In this document: piece by piece, positions 18,557 through 28,369 of the stretch
Numbering within the stretch: the first letter of the stretch is position 1
Layout: each line of letters begins with the position of its first letter
NCBI GenBank assembly: GCA_035566895.1
Contig: DATMQA010000007.1
Span: forward strand, 54,395-118,394
DNA length: 64,000 bases
Origin: Candidatus Binatia bacterium
Lineage (GTDB): Bacteria > Verrucomicrobiota > Verrucomicrobiia > Limisphaerales > UBA8199
Direction: 5' to 3'
Made by a program: the position numbers and the translations under genes
The notes under the pieces: model-generated
Seen by the model: the letters and a program-made list of their open reading frames with translations, nothing else
Told to the model about the DNA's origin: nothing
Database searches by the model: none

Positions 18557-19468
18557 ATGGAACTTCGCCATCTCCGTTACTTTGCCGCCGTTGCCCAATA
18601 TTTGAACTACACCGAAGCATCGCGTCGCCTCCACGTTGCCCAGCCCGCAATCAGCCAGACCATCCTCGACCTTGAAGACGAACTCGGTGTGGAACTGCTG
18701 CTCCGCACCAAACGCAGCGTGCAATTGACTGCCGCAGGAACTGCCTTCCTGCGCGAGGCCGAGGAAATCCTGCGTCGTGCCAATGAAGCCCGGCAGCTCG
18801 CCCAGCGAGCGGCGCGTGGCGAGGTCGGCATCTTGGGCATTGGCTTTTTCGGGACCGCCTCTTCCCCGCTCTTGCCGGCGCTGGTGCAAGCCTATCGGCG
18901 CAAATTTCCCAACGTCGAATTGCGCCTGTTTGAGTTGAACCCCGACCAGCAGCTTGCCGCCTTCGACGAAGGCCGCATCGACTTGGGATTTACGCGGACG
19001 CTCCCATCGGACCGTCGCGCGGAATTCGAGGAAGAAGTGGTTTATACCGACCAACTCGCCATTGCGCTGCCCGCAGCCCACGCCCTTGCCAAGCAAAAAG
19101 TCATCCGCTTGAAAAGTTTGGCCGGCGAACCGTTTGTCCAGTTCCACCGCAAAGGCGCCCCTGGTCTGTTTGACGAAGTCATTGCCGTTTGCCGTCGGGC
19201 TGGTTTCTCCCCGCGCATCATCAACGAACCGAATTTTATGGCCACCGCGATGACCTTGGTCGAGAGCGGACTCGGCGTGTCGCTCATACCACGCTGCGTG
19301 CGGAGTTTGAATCGTTCCCAGGTGGTCATTCGTCCAATCGCGCCAAAGTCGGCTCGCATCCCCTTGTGCGTCGCCTGGCGCAAATCTACAAACAACCCCG
19401 CACTGGCGGCATTCCTGGACATCCTGAGAGCCGCGACGCCGGCAATCCGAACCCAAATGGAGAGCTGA
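18557..19468 (+). CDS. LysR family transcriptional regulator
   Basis: MELRHLRYFAAVAQYLNYTEASRRLHVAQPAISQTILDLEDELG. The gene is divergent from the SDR/oxidoreductase operon. Confidence 0.9.
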   Translation: MELRHLRYFAAVAQYLNYTEASRRLHVAQPAISQTILDLEDELGVELLLRTKRSVQLTAAGTAFLREAEEILRRANEARQLAQRAARGEVGILGIGFFGTASSPLLPALVQAYRRKFPNVELRLFELNPDQQLAAFDEGRIDLGFTRTLPSDRRAEFEEEVVYTDQLAIALPAAHALAKQKVIRLKSLAGEPFVQFHRKGAPGLFDEVIAVCRRAGFSPRIINEPNFMATAMTLVESGLGVSLIPRCVRSLNRSQVVIRPIAPKSARIPLCVAWRKSTNNPALAAFLDILRAATPAIRTQMES

Positions 19469-19682
19469 ATTCAGGCTGGTCAGTTGCGGTGCAATGAAGT
19501 GCGGAACGGGAATGCGAGGAGAATAGCTACGAGCGCGAAAATCGCAGTCATGCGTCGTGGGTTCAATCCCGTTGGAATTCATGTTGCCGCCGCGCACGGG
19601 TCTGTTCACCGCCGCCCCTGCGGCTTGATGCTCGTCAAGACAGGCGGATTGTGCACGCTGAAACCGCTGGGGCCCCGGCGCA

Positions 19683-21881
19683 TTACGGCAGCTCGGACGC
19701 GCGGTAGAAACGATATGGGAAATTGCTCGCGCTGGAATCGAGCAGGAAAAACAGGTTGGACGGGGCGACATTTGTGTTTAACGAGAGCCAGTTCGAGAAA
19801 TCCGTCGTCGCTTGGAAGACGTAGGTTTTGCCCGCCAAACCGGATAACTGCGGCTGGAATTGATGGTTGCTCAGATAGGTCCAGGACGTGAACCGCACCG
19901 GCGGCCGAATCGTGAACACACCATTCGTGGCCGCACTGTTGCTAAACCCCGGCTTGAAGGCCTTGGCGGTTACCGTGGCGCTATTCGTCAGGGTGAACGG
20001 CCCCGAATAAGGCAGCGAGTTCGTTGTCGGAATCGAGTTATCCAGCGTGTAATAAATCGCCGCTCCTGGGGTGGCATCGGTGAACGTCACGGTAACCGAA
20101 CTGAAGAATGTGCCGCCGTTTGGGGAAATGACGGGCACAGCCGCGATCGTGGAGCCGTACACGGTCAGTGCCGATTGGCCGCCAACATAGACCTTGCCAT
20201 TGGCAACGACAGGGAAGGTGAACTTGACAGCCTCCGGCCCCTGGTCGCGGCCGCCGGGGGCCTGGTTGCTGTTGTAGAGTTCCGTGGCGAGTTGGGCGGC
20301 ATCATAGGCGTGCAACACCGCCGCGCCATTATATTGCAGGATCCACACGATTCCATTGGCCGCGCCGTTGGCGGAGATGGCAGGTGTAGCGCCGGGATAC
20401 CCGAAGGTGATGGAGGACTGGCCAACGAGCGACAGCAGACCATTGGAAAAGATGAAACTCTTCAGGTTGTCGCCGGCGCCCGCGTAATAGATTTGGCTGT
20501 TAAAGTATGCGGGTGGACCAAATGCCCCATATACCGAACCGACCGCTGCGGGCAGGGTCTGCACGATATTGTCAGTATTTTGATTGAAATGCCCCATATT
20601 ATCCCGATCGAGGAGGTAAATTTTGCCTGCCTTTCCGCAACCCACCAGCAGATGCGGATGCCCGGGGCTGCCGACCGAATCAGGCAGGACGATAACGCCA
20701 GAGGAGCCGAGATCGAGGTCCGAGTTGTTTAAGTTGTTCTGATCAAAGGGGGTGAAGTAATCCACAAGCCTAAGGCCGGGGCTGTTGGTGAGTTTGAAGA
20801 AGGAATCTCCATAGTTCGAGTTCGTAGGGAAGCCACTGGCGTTCAGAGTGGTATCGAAGGTCCCGTTTCCAGTAACGGCGTAAATGTTTCCCTGCCCATC
20901 CGCGGCCGGGCCCCCGCCGCTGTGCCAAATTCCACCGCCGCCTCCATTGGGAGTCGAATTGTAAACCGTAGCCAAGGTGAGAGTTTGGGCGTCGTAGCCG
21001 AGCAGCCAACCGTGAAAAGGCCCGTTATCTCCATGCGAGGCGAACGCGATATAGACGATGCCGTTGAGCAGCAGCAATCCTGGCCGATTCAGTTGCCGCA
21101 GCGCATTGAATTTAACCACCCCGCCAATATTGCCGTCGCCGGTGCCCGGCACCGACGGCCCTGACACGTAGATGTAACTGGTATTAGTGTAGATCGTATC
21201 CGCGATCACCACCGGTCCGCCGAATTTTTCCGCTCCGCTCGTCACGTCCAGCGCATGCAGTCGGTGTACGCAGTGCGTCGCGCCGCTGACAATCTCTTTG
21301 GTCTTGGCCTCGACATAAATGGCGCCGCTGTTCGGGTCAATCACCGGCGTGCTGGTCACGCCAATCTCCGGTGTGATGTCGGACGAGGCGACATCGCCGC
21401 TGGGAACGGTCGTTACTCCTGCGCCATTCAGAAAGCTCACTTTCCAGAGGGGAGCGCCGTCGGCACCGCTGTTATCGTCGGCATCGAAGGCATAGACGCT
21501 GTCATGCTCGGTAACCACGAAGACGACGTTGTGGAGGCCTTTGCCGGGGATCGGAACGTTGGTCAGGACCAGCGGTTGGCCGTAAACCTGGCCGTCCAAC
21601 GCCTGGCTGAAGAGTTTGCCGAAAGTGCTGACATTGATGTTGCCGGGCGTCAGTATCGTTTCGTTGGTGTTTTGGCCTGTCCGCGCGTTGTCGTTGTGGT
21701 AAGTCAGAACTTGGGTTTGGCTGCGGCCACCGACAATGCTCAGGCAAAGCCCGGCGAGCAAGCACAGGGACGGGTTGGGTGAAGTGCATCGCCTGACCGA
21801 CCTAAATCGGCCGAGCCACAATTTGCCGTCATCCGGCACGCGAGAGGTGAGTGTTGAGCTATTCTCGCTCGGGCCGGGCAT
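19683..21881 (-). CDS. secreted PQQ-like beta-propeller protein with a chitobiase-type Ig domain and a C-terminal FYR-P module
   Basis: YHNDNARTGQN...GQVYGQPLV...VFVVTEHDSVYAFDADD (propeller), AAIYYTLDNS..P...S..Y.GPF (Ig), and a tail ending YRFYRASELP-stop. The start is uncertain (ATG 21881; track 22085). Confidence 0.7.
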   Translation of the reverse strand: MPGPSENSSTLTSRVPDDGKLWLGRFRSVRRCTSPNPSLCLLAGLCLSIVGGRSQTQVLTYHNDNARTGQNTNETILTPGNINVSTFGKLFSQALDGQVYGQPLVLTNVPIPGKGLHNVVFVVTEHDSVYAFDADDNSGADGAPLWKVSFLNGAGVTTVPSGDVASSDITPEIGVTSTPVIDPNSGAIYVEAKTKEIVSGATHCVHRLHALDVTSGAEKFGGPVVIADTIYTNTSYIYVSGPSVPGTGDGNIGGVVKFNALRQLNRPGLLLLNGIVYIAFASHGDNGPFHGWLLGYDAQTLTLATVYNSTPNGGGGGIWHSGGGPAADGQGNIYAVTGNGTFDTTLNASGFPTNSNYGDSFFKLTNSPGLRLVDYFTPFDQNNLNNSDLDLGSSGVIVLPDSVGSPGHPHLLVGCGKAGKIYLLDRDNMGHFNQNTDNIVQTLPAAVGSVYGAFGPPAYFNSQIYYAGAGDNLKSFIFSNGLLSLVGQSSITFGYPGATPAISANGAANGIVWILQYNGAAVLHAYDAAQLATELYNSNQAPGGRDQGPEAVKFTFPVVANGKVYVGGQSALTVYGSTIAAVPVISPNGGTFFSSVTVTFTDATPGAAIYYTLDNSIPTTNSLPYSGPFTLTNSATVTAKAFKPGFSNSAATNGVFTIRPPVRFTSWTYLSNHQFQPQLSGLAGKTYVFQATTDFSNWLSLNTNVAPSNLFFLLDSSASNFPYRFYRASELP

Positions 21882-22171
21882 GGTGGCAACATAACGTGGA
21901 GGGATCGGCAAGGCAAGAAAGGTTCCGTTGGGGGCTGGTCGGCGGCGCGGAGACGCCCGGGCGACGAACCACCAGTTCGAGCGGCAGGGCGCCCTGGCGC
22001 ACGCCGCGCATTTTGTTGGAGTGCCAGCCATAGTAACGGACCAAGCAACTGGCGGTTGTCCAGCTTTCTTCGAAGTTGGTTCCAACCTACCGCTTGCAGT
22101 CGTTCTGTGCTATAGTTCCGCGGGTTCAGGGGAAGGCAACAAGTTCGATTGCCGGGGGCGAGAGGCCGACA

Positions 22172-22990
22172 ATGAAAGATTTCATCCACATTGGAATAGC
22201 CGCTGCGACTTGTGCCATCGGAGCCGCTCTTGCACTGTCGGCGGCCACAGCGAGGGCCCAGACGAACCTGGTCGTCAACGGGAGTTTTGAGGCGGGGCCG
22301 GCTGGCCAGGGGAAATTTACGGGCTGGGGGTGGCTTGGTCCCTCGGACAACTTCAGCGACTACGGCGTTATCCAGTCAACAGCTTCTCCCGACGTGGCCG
22401 AGCAGGGCAATTATTACGCCTACTTTCGCGGACATCCGACCGACAATTCGCAGGATTGCCTCGGCACCACCGTCAGTCTGAAACCCGGCGCGCTGTACAA
22501 CATCGGCTACTATCTGGGCACGGACGGCTCGACGCTGGGCACGGGCGCCGCGATGTGGGTGGTGATCGGCACGTCGTTTGGCATCGACCTGAGCCAGGAC
22601 ATCATGTTGACCGCCTATTTCCCAAATTCCTCCAACGCCCTGCCTTACCAGGAGTTCAGCACCAACTACGTGGCCACGACGGCTTCGCCGATCCTGTCGT
22701 TTCACGGAATTAACGCCACCAACGGATTGGCCGCGACCAATGCAATCCTGCTGGACAGCGTGTGGGTGACGTTGATTTATCCGCCGCTGAACCTGAGCCT
22801 GTCCCCTTCCAACCAGCTTGTCTTCACCTGGCCCTACACGAACAGCCCGTACCGGCTGCAAGCCAATGCTTCGCTCACCACCACGAACTGGATTACCTTG
22901 ACGAATGTGCCTGCAAACGCCGGCACGAACAACAGGATTGTGCTGCCCGTGGCTGCGGGCCGTCAGTTTTACCGGCTGACGCTGCCGTAG
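22172..22990 (+). CDS. secreted jelly-roll/CBM-like protein with a C-terminal FYR-P module
   Basis: MKDFIHIGIAAATCAIGAALALSAATARAQ signal peptide, NLVVNGSFE opening typical of DUF642/CBM-like folds, and a tail ending RQFYRLTLP-stop. Confidence 0.7.
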   Translation: MKDFIHIGIAAATCAIGAALALSAATARAQTNLVVNGSFEAGPAGQGKFTGWGWLGPSDNFSDYGVIQSTASPDVAEQGNYYAYFRGHPTDNSQDCLGTTVSLKPGALYNIGYYLGTDGSTLGTGAAMWVVIGTSFGIDLSQDIMLTAYFPNSSNALPYQEFSTNYVATTASPILSFHGINATNGLAATNAILLDSVWVTLIYPPLNLSLSPSNQLVFTWPYTNSPYRLQANASLTTTNWITLTNVPANAGTNNRIVLPVAAGRQFYRLTLP

Positions 22991-23040
22991 CCGCCCCGCC
23001 CTCGTGGGAAGCTCTGCTGCTTTTCCAGCGTGAGTGGCGT

Positions 23041-24435
23041 TCAAGTGTCCTCTAGTTTTCTTCCTCGGCGGAAAAATCTGATCATCAAATATCCGAGCCA
23101 AACCAGCGCCACGACGGCAAAAGCCCTGACCATCGTGCGCCGACGGGCCTCTCGTTGGGCATCCTGGAGCCGTCTAAGGGTTTTGCGCGATTCTGTGTCT
23201 GTCAGTCCAGCCGATTGAATTTTGGCGGCAACCCTCTCTGCGACCTCCAGTGAACCCGGAAATGACTCGTCCGTCCAGAACCGGCGGCTCTTGCGGAAAT
23301 AGCCAGTTTCATCAAGCAGTTCCACCGGAAACATATAGGAGGAGCCTACGGTGTCTTCGTCCATCAGCTTGAATGAGCCGTCGGCGTTTAATGTTTCGCT
23401 CAAGCAGAAGGTTATCATCTGGCGCATTTCCGCGCGCGCGAGTTCACGCTGGTTCTCGCTCATGGATGGCCAGCAGATGCGAAACAGCCGCACCACGGCG
23501 TAGTTGTGGTGATTGGATGGTTTGCCTTCTTCCAGCCAGCCATACGGATACTCGAGCTCTTTGAACGCCAGCGTGGTGCGAATCATCTCCGGAATATGTT
23601 TAAGGTTATTGTGGCGATAAGAGATGATGTGGAATGTCACGCTCAAGTCGGACGTTTTCCGTATCTCGCCGTTCTCTTGCTTGTACCAGGCGCCCCAGTA
23701 ACCCGTCTCCGGGTTCTGCCAATGATCATCCTCATACTCCAGCAACGCCTGCTTCAGCCCTGGAGCGAACGGATAGACATCTCCCAGTTCGCCTTGGATG
23801 AGCCGTTCGATCGCCGTGATGGCGAGGTTGAGTTCGAATCGATTGTCAATCCCCTTATGACGGATATCTGAAATCAGAACCGAGTCCATGTAGTTGCGCA
23901 ATTTCTCCGGGCTGTTGATCCGGTCCAGGAGCTTGAGCGGAAACTTCGGTCGCTCTCCACGGCTGGAGCGGTCTTCGAGCTCCTCCAAAGTTGAATCCAG
24001 TTTCAGGAACCACGCTTCACTGCAATGATCGTAACTGCCATCGGCCTCGACCTGCTCGCGGGCATCCGCCGGATCGGCGGGACGCGCGAGCATTTCGCGA
24101 AGGTCATGCAAGCGCCCCTCGAGGCGCTGCCACTGTGCTGAATAGGTAAGCCACCGCGCTTCGAGGAAAATTTGCCGGGAGCAGGGGGTTGCCCGTCCGC
24201 CTGCCGTTTGACGGGCTAGTTCCAATTGTAACTCCCGCAACTCCTTCGTGTATTGCCGTCGCTTTTCGAGAAATTGAGGATCGAACGCCAAAAAATCCCT
24301 GGTGGTGTCATAACCAAAGAGGCTGCGCGATGCGCCACGTGACGTCGGCGCCGTTTGAGCCTTCGCGTCAAACACGCACAACACCGCGGCCATCGCGAGG
24401 AATTTTACCCATGCGTGCCGGATGGAGCGCGTCAT
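23041..24435 (-). CDS. hypothetical secreted protein with a C-terminal TM anchor
   Basis: Signal peptide MTRSIRHAWVKFLAMAAVLCVFDAKAQ and C-terminal TM FAVVALVWLGYLMIRFF. No family recognised. Confidence 0.55.
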   Translation of the reverse strand: MTRSIRHAWVKFLAMAAVLCVFDAKAQTAPTSRGASRSLFGYDTTRDFLAFDPQFLEKRRQYTKELRELQLELARQTAGGRATPCSRQIFLEARWLTYSAQWQRLEGRLHDLREMLARPADPADAREQVEADGSYDHCSEAWFLKLDSTLEELEDRSSRGERPKFPLKLLDRINSPEKLRNYMDSVLISDIRHKGIDNRFELNLAITAIERLIQGELGDVYPFAPGLKQALLEYEDDHWQNPETGYWGAWYKQENGEIRKTSDLSVTFHIISYRHNNLKHIPEMIRTTLAFKELEYPYGWLEEGKPSNHHNYAVVRLFRICWPSMSENQRELARAEMRQMITFCLSETLNADGSFKLMDEDTVGSSYMFPVELLDETGYFRKSRRFWTDESFPGSLEVAERVAAKIQSAGLTDTESRKTLRRLQDAQREARRRTMVRAFAVVALVWLGYLMIRFFRRGRKLEDT

Positions 24436-24690
24436 GTGCCGGGCAGCTTGGCAAGCTTTCGTGCGTAGCTCAACAGGATTCACCGGAGGCGTCAAACTCC
24501 CGGTCGAGGTCGCGGGGCAACTCAACCGCATAGCCTGGCCGAAAGCTGTCCTGCGCACACCCGACTTCGTGGTCTATGCTGTGGACTTCGAACTTGCGGG
24601 CCTGCGGAAGAACCTGAAGCGAATCTTGTCGCCAGACAAACTGGCCGCCCTCAAAGCTGCAGGCTTGTTTTAAGCACAACAGTAATAATA

Positions 24691-25872
24691 TTACCACGTT
24701 TCGGGGTGGGGCTGGTGATCGTTGTTCCAACGCGAGCGGGCAGGAATGTCCTCGACGATCCAACGCGCCTGGCGGGACCATTGAACGTGGGCGTCGCAGA
24801 ACACCATGTTGGCGCCGCCGGAATGACGCGACGGGACTACGCAGTCAACGCTTCCGAGAGGTTGTTTGTGCCATGGGCTGATAATGGTGCACCAAAGCTG
24901 GCTGGGCAATTGAAGGTCGCCCAGTTCAATCATGTCCGCGGGGCAGGTCAGGGCGGTTGAGCGGATGAAATGGGCTTTGCCGAAGCCGAGGCCAAGGTTG
25001 CTTTCCATGTGAACGTAAATCTGGCTGCTGCCGCCGGCGTCGTAGCCGAAGGAATCGGATTTCAACGATTTGTTCCAGTTCAAATGCGGCTCGTATTCGG
25101 GACACGAGAAGATGTCCGAATGCGGGCCTACGTACGGCTGGATGCGGACGGTCCAGGAATTAGTCGAGGGAAAGTCCCAAGGGAAATGATTGGTGGCGAT
25201 CAGCGCCTCACCGGCACCGGGCAGGAAGCCGAAATCCGATTCATACATCGCCAGGGCATGACCCATCTGCCGAAGGTTATTTTTGCACGTGGTCGTTCGC
25301 CCCCTGGTTTTGGCCGCGGCAAGGCTGGGGAGCAGCAGTGAGGCGAGCAGACCCATGATGGCGAGCACCATCAATAATTCGAGTAGCGTGAAGCCGCTCT
25401 CGGGTTTTTGAGGCGGGTTTTCCGGTTCTCTCGCCAATTGCACGCGCAGCTCGTGAAGTTCTTTGCGCAGCTCGGCGATTTGGCGGGGCATTTCGAGCAA
25501 GGCTTGAGACCGGGCTTCCCGCCGCGCGCGGACAAACTCCCAGCGGTAGCGGAAGACATAGATCGCTGAGAGCAGCAGCGCCGTCAGCGGCGAAAGGATG
25601 ATGACCAAGGCAAGAAGCTTGACGAGCCATTCTGGGAAATTGACCCCGCGGCCCATGGTGAAAAGCGCCAAGGCATAGAGGGCGATAAACAGCGTTGCGC
25701 AACCGGCGGCAACGATGATGGTGATTCGCCGCGCGCGTTTCTCTTGTTGTTGTGCGCCGTCGAGACGTTCGATGACTTTGCGCCGGTGTTCCTCGAACTC
25801 TTTGGAGTTCAGGAGGCTGTCCTGTGCGAAGAGCAAATTGAGATAGTCATCGGACGGTGTGGATTCTTTCAT
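24691..25872 (-). CDS. anti-sigma-position membrane protein fused to a prepilin-type (DUF1559 / H-X9-D) pseudopilin
   Basis: ATGA overlap with the ECF sigma stop. It has two TM helices and a coiled coil, then G|FTLLELLMVLAIMGLLASLLLP at residue 160/161, and a C-terminal HSGGANMVFCDAH motif. Confidence 0.75.
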   Translation of the reverse strand: MKESTPSDDYLNLLFAQDSLLNSKEFEEHRRKVIERLDGAQQQEKRARRITIIVAAGCATLFIALYALALFTMGRGVNFPEWLVKLLALVIILSPLTALLLSAIYVFRYRWEFVRARREARSQALLEMPRQIAELRKELHELRVQLAREPENPPQKPESGFTLLELLMVLAIMGLLASLLLPSLAAAKTRGRTTTCKNNLRQMGHALAMYESDFGFLPGAGEALIATNHFPWDFPSTNSWTVRIQPYVGPHSDIFSCPEYEPHLNWNKSLKSDSFGYDAGGSSQIYVHMESNLGLGFGKAHFIRSTALTCPADMIELGDLQLPSQLWCTIISPWHKQPLGSVDCVVPSRHSGGANMVFCDAHVQWSRQARWIVEDIPARSRWNNDHQPHPETW

Positions 25873-26444
25873 AAACGTTTCCTTTCAACGATGTTGCGCA
25901 GAGCAATCCGGGCATGATACAGCCGGCTTTTTACCGTGCCGGGCAGACAATCCAGGACGGCAGCCACTTCGTGAGTGGAGAGGTCGCGCAGGTAATGGAG
26001 GACAAGGATCTCCCGGTGATGAGGCGGCAGAATTTCCAACGCCTTATGCAAGGCTTCGGCACCCAGGGCGATGTCGCCGTCGGCTGCTGCAGGTTCGCTC
26101 CAGGTATCGACGAGAGACGCAGTGACTTGTTCCTGACGGATTTCGTTGCGCACAAATCGAGCCGCCTTGTGATGGGCGATGCGATAGAGCCAGGCCCGGA
26201 ACGCTTCGGGTATTTGGAGCGATTTCAATCCGCGAAATGCCTCGAGCCAGACTTCTTGATGAAGATCAAGCGCATCGTCAGCGTTTGGGACCAGACGCCG
26301 CAAGTAATAAAGCAGCGGCCTTTCGTGACGATTGAGCAGACGAACGAATGCGTCAGCGTCACCCGCCTGGGCTTCAGAAACCCAGAGGGCTTCTTCGAGT
26401 CGGCCAAGCTTTTGCTCGGGCGAACCTGTTGGGCCAGGATCCAT
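25869..26444 (-). CDS. ECF (sigma-70 family group 4) sigma factor
   Basis: Region 2 (RPLLYYLRRL..DALDLHQEVWLEAF) and region 4 (REILVLHYLRDLSTHEVAAVLDCLPGTVKSRLYHAR). The start is taken at ATG 26444. Confidence 0.9.
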   Translation of the reverse strand: MDPGPTGSPEQKLGRLEEALWVSEAQAGDADAFVRLLNRHERPLLYYLRRLVPNADDALDLHQEVWLEAFRGLKSLQIPEAFRAWLYRIAHHKAARFVRNEIRQEQVTASLVDTWSEPAAADGDIALGAEALHKALEILPPHHREILVLHYLRDLSTHEVAAVLDCLPGTVKSRLYHARIALRNIVERKRL

Positions 26445-26560
26445 CGTTTCTTTATGGTGTCCCGAAGCCGAGCAACGGTTCAAACTTTCTAACACGACAT
26501 TGGGGAATTTGGCGCCTGTTTTCCACCGGTGTGGTATATTGAGCCGGAAGGAGAAAAAAT

Positions 26561-26693
26561 ATGGAACCAAGAATTGATTATACGAAAGTATCTCGAGGGG
26601 CCTTTAAGGCCATGTTCGGATTGGGCCAGTATCTTCGGTCCAGTGGGTTCCCGGAGGGCCTGCTCAACCTGGTGAACCTTCGGGTTTCTCAGT
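26561..26693 (+). pseudogene. N-terminal fragment of a carboxymuconolactone decarboxylase (AhpD-like) family gene
   Basis: IDYTKVSRGAFKAMFGLGQYLRSSGFPEGLLNLVNLRVSQ matches the family up to the point where the conserved (I)NGC..C motif should follow. Similarity stops at about 26693. Confidence 0.55.
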
Positions 26694-27015
26694 TCATAGG
26701 TAAAACCAACGCGATGATTTCAAGTGAGCTCTCAGCAAATCACGGCACTGCTCCAAATCCGTGGCCGACGAAAACTCGCGCTTCGGAACCATGAACCAAA
26801 GTGAACCCCGCGGGTTCCACAGGAAGAACGCCCAGCGATTCTCCAGGTAATACTTGTAAGTCGTCCATGCCAAAAGCCCGCTGGCGTCGCGGCCGGCAAA
26901 TTCGATTCCCTCCCTGCTCAGCGTGACTCGTTCTGGAATCCGGCATTTCTTTTCGGAATGCCACGAGAAGAAAGCGACCAGAAGAAATACGATGGCCAGC
27001 CTTCCGCATCTCGAT
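26694..27015 (-). pseudogene. C-terminal fragment of a YcxB-like membrane protein, without a usable start codon
   Basis: Hand translation of the minus frame not listed in the track gives RLAIVFLLVAFFSWHSEKKCRIPERVTLSREGIEFAGRDASGLLAWTTYKYYLENRWAFFLWNPRGSLWFMVPKREFSSATDLEQCRDLLRAHL-stop. The frame opens inside the response-regulator 3' end and has no ATG/GTG/TTG before the domain. Confidence 0.45.
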
Positions 27016-27537
27016 TCATGAAATATGCTCCAGGGCGGAAACCACCCTTAACTGAGCGCGTTCTGGCCGGGCCGACAACAGTTTTCTGACCACGCAGTGC
27101 AAGTCATTCACCATGAAGGGTTTGCTCAGGAGCGCGTCCACCGGGTTCTCGGCCTCGCGACATGCCCTCGCCGAGGCAGTGATCATCAGGATTGGCACCG
27201 AGGGCGCCAATTGCTTGATTCCAACCGCAAGCTCGTTGCCTTTCATTACCGGCATCTCGAAGTCCGTAATCACAAGGTCAAACTGACCAATGGTGAAAGA
27301 TGTCAGCGCCTCGGCGCCATCGCTGGCCTCGGTGACCTGATGCCCCTCCATCTCGAGCATCATGCGGAGACACGCGCGGATAGACGCCTCGTCGTCGACG
27401 AGCAGTATTCGCCTGCCGCGAACGTCAGCCGGTTCGGCGCTCAAATCGGGGTCAATCCATGACGCTTCGGCACCTCTGGTTTGGCGCGGTTCGAAGGTGG
27501 TTAAAGCGGAATGTCTATTCTCAATCATTTGTTTCAC
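27016..27537 (-). CDS. single-domain response regulator (CheY-like receiver)
   Basis: RILLVDDE, LVITDFEMP, ILMITA and SKPF conserved receiver residues. Confidence 0.85.
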   Translation of the reverse strand: MKQMIENRHSALTTFEPRQTRGAEASWIDPDLSAEPADVRGRRILLVDDEASIRACLRMMLEMEGHQVTEASDGAEALTSFTIGQFDLVITDFEMPVMKGNELAVGIKQLAPSVPILMITASARACREAENPVDALLSKPFMVNDLHCVVRKLLSARPERAQLRVVSALEHIS

Positions 27538-28162
27538 TTCCTGCTCGTGTTGGAGAGAGCCTGGTTGGCTCCGCGCCGTTCACGGCCTTGTCTTCGGCGA
27601 CCTCCTCGGTCGCCATGGCTGCGGAGATGGTTTGCCGGTGAACTCCGAGCTTCTGCGCAGCCAGCGAAATGTTATTGCCCATAAGCTGAACTACATGCCG
27701 GATGTAGTGGTACTTGACCTCGTCCAGCACCAGGACGTCTTCCTCCCGTTGAGGCAGCAGGACATCGGGAGCGGTTTCCAATCGGCCCATCCAGCGTTTG
27801 ACGCGGTTGGCCAGCATGCCGCCCCCGATGTTCTTTTCCAAAAATTCATCCGCATCGGCCAACAGGGCATCCAGCTTCACGTTGTAGGACTTGCCGCTCA
27901 TGACGATTATCGGCATGTGCGCGGACATCGAGCGTGCGGTTCGCACAACTTCACTGGCAACATGGTCCAGAAACCAGTCCACCAGCAGGATCGAAATCTT
28001 GTTTCGCGCCAGGGCCTCGAGCGCTTCTGAAACCGAACTGGCCGTGATGCAGGAAATGCCTTCCGCTTCGATACAGTCAGTGATGTACCGCCGAGAGTCC
28101 TGGTCAGCGTCAACCACCAGCACGCGCTTTCCACCATCGAGTTTTGGTTTTTTCACATTCAT
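27521..28162 (-). CDS. response regulator with a receiver domain and a Fis-type HTH (RegA/ActR-like architecture)
   Basis: RVLVVDAD...ILLVDWFL..IIVMSG receiver, then C-terminal NISLAAQKLGVHRQTISAAM HTH. It overlaps the downstream response regulator by 17 nt. No histidine kinase is in the window. Confidence 0.8.
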   Translation of the reverse strand: MNVKKPKLDGGKRVLVVDADQDSRRYITDCIEAEGISCITASSVSEALEALARNKISILLVDWFLDHVASEVVRTARSMSAHMPIIVMSGKSYNVKLDALLADADEFLEKNIGGGMLANRVKRWMGRLETAPDVLLPQREEDVLVLDEVKYHYIRHVVQLMGNNISLAAQKLGVHRQTISAAMATEEVAEDKAVNGAEPTRLSPTRAGSETND

Positions 28163-28369
28163 TGATGCCTAATGTCTAAGAAATGACCGCAGGAAGCATA
28201 CCAAAGTCGAATTTTTCACTATCTCTGGGAGATCTTGATGAAAAAACCATCAATCACATCAGCGAGCTGTCCAATTGTTGACCAGCATGTGTCCCGTGCA
28301 TGGACACACTGTATGGACAGTGCGCCAGATAACTCACAGATCCAAAACCTGCTAACCCGCTGCCAGAAC

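Noticed and set aside
18503-19771. 422-aa minus-strand ORF opposite the LysR gene
   Set aside because: The plus-strand frame is an unmistakable LysR regulator, so the minus-strand ORF is a GC-rich shadow frame.
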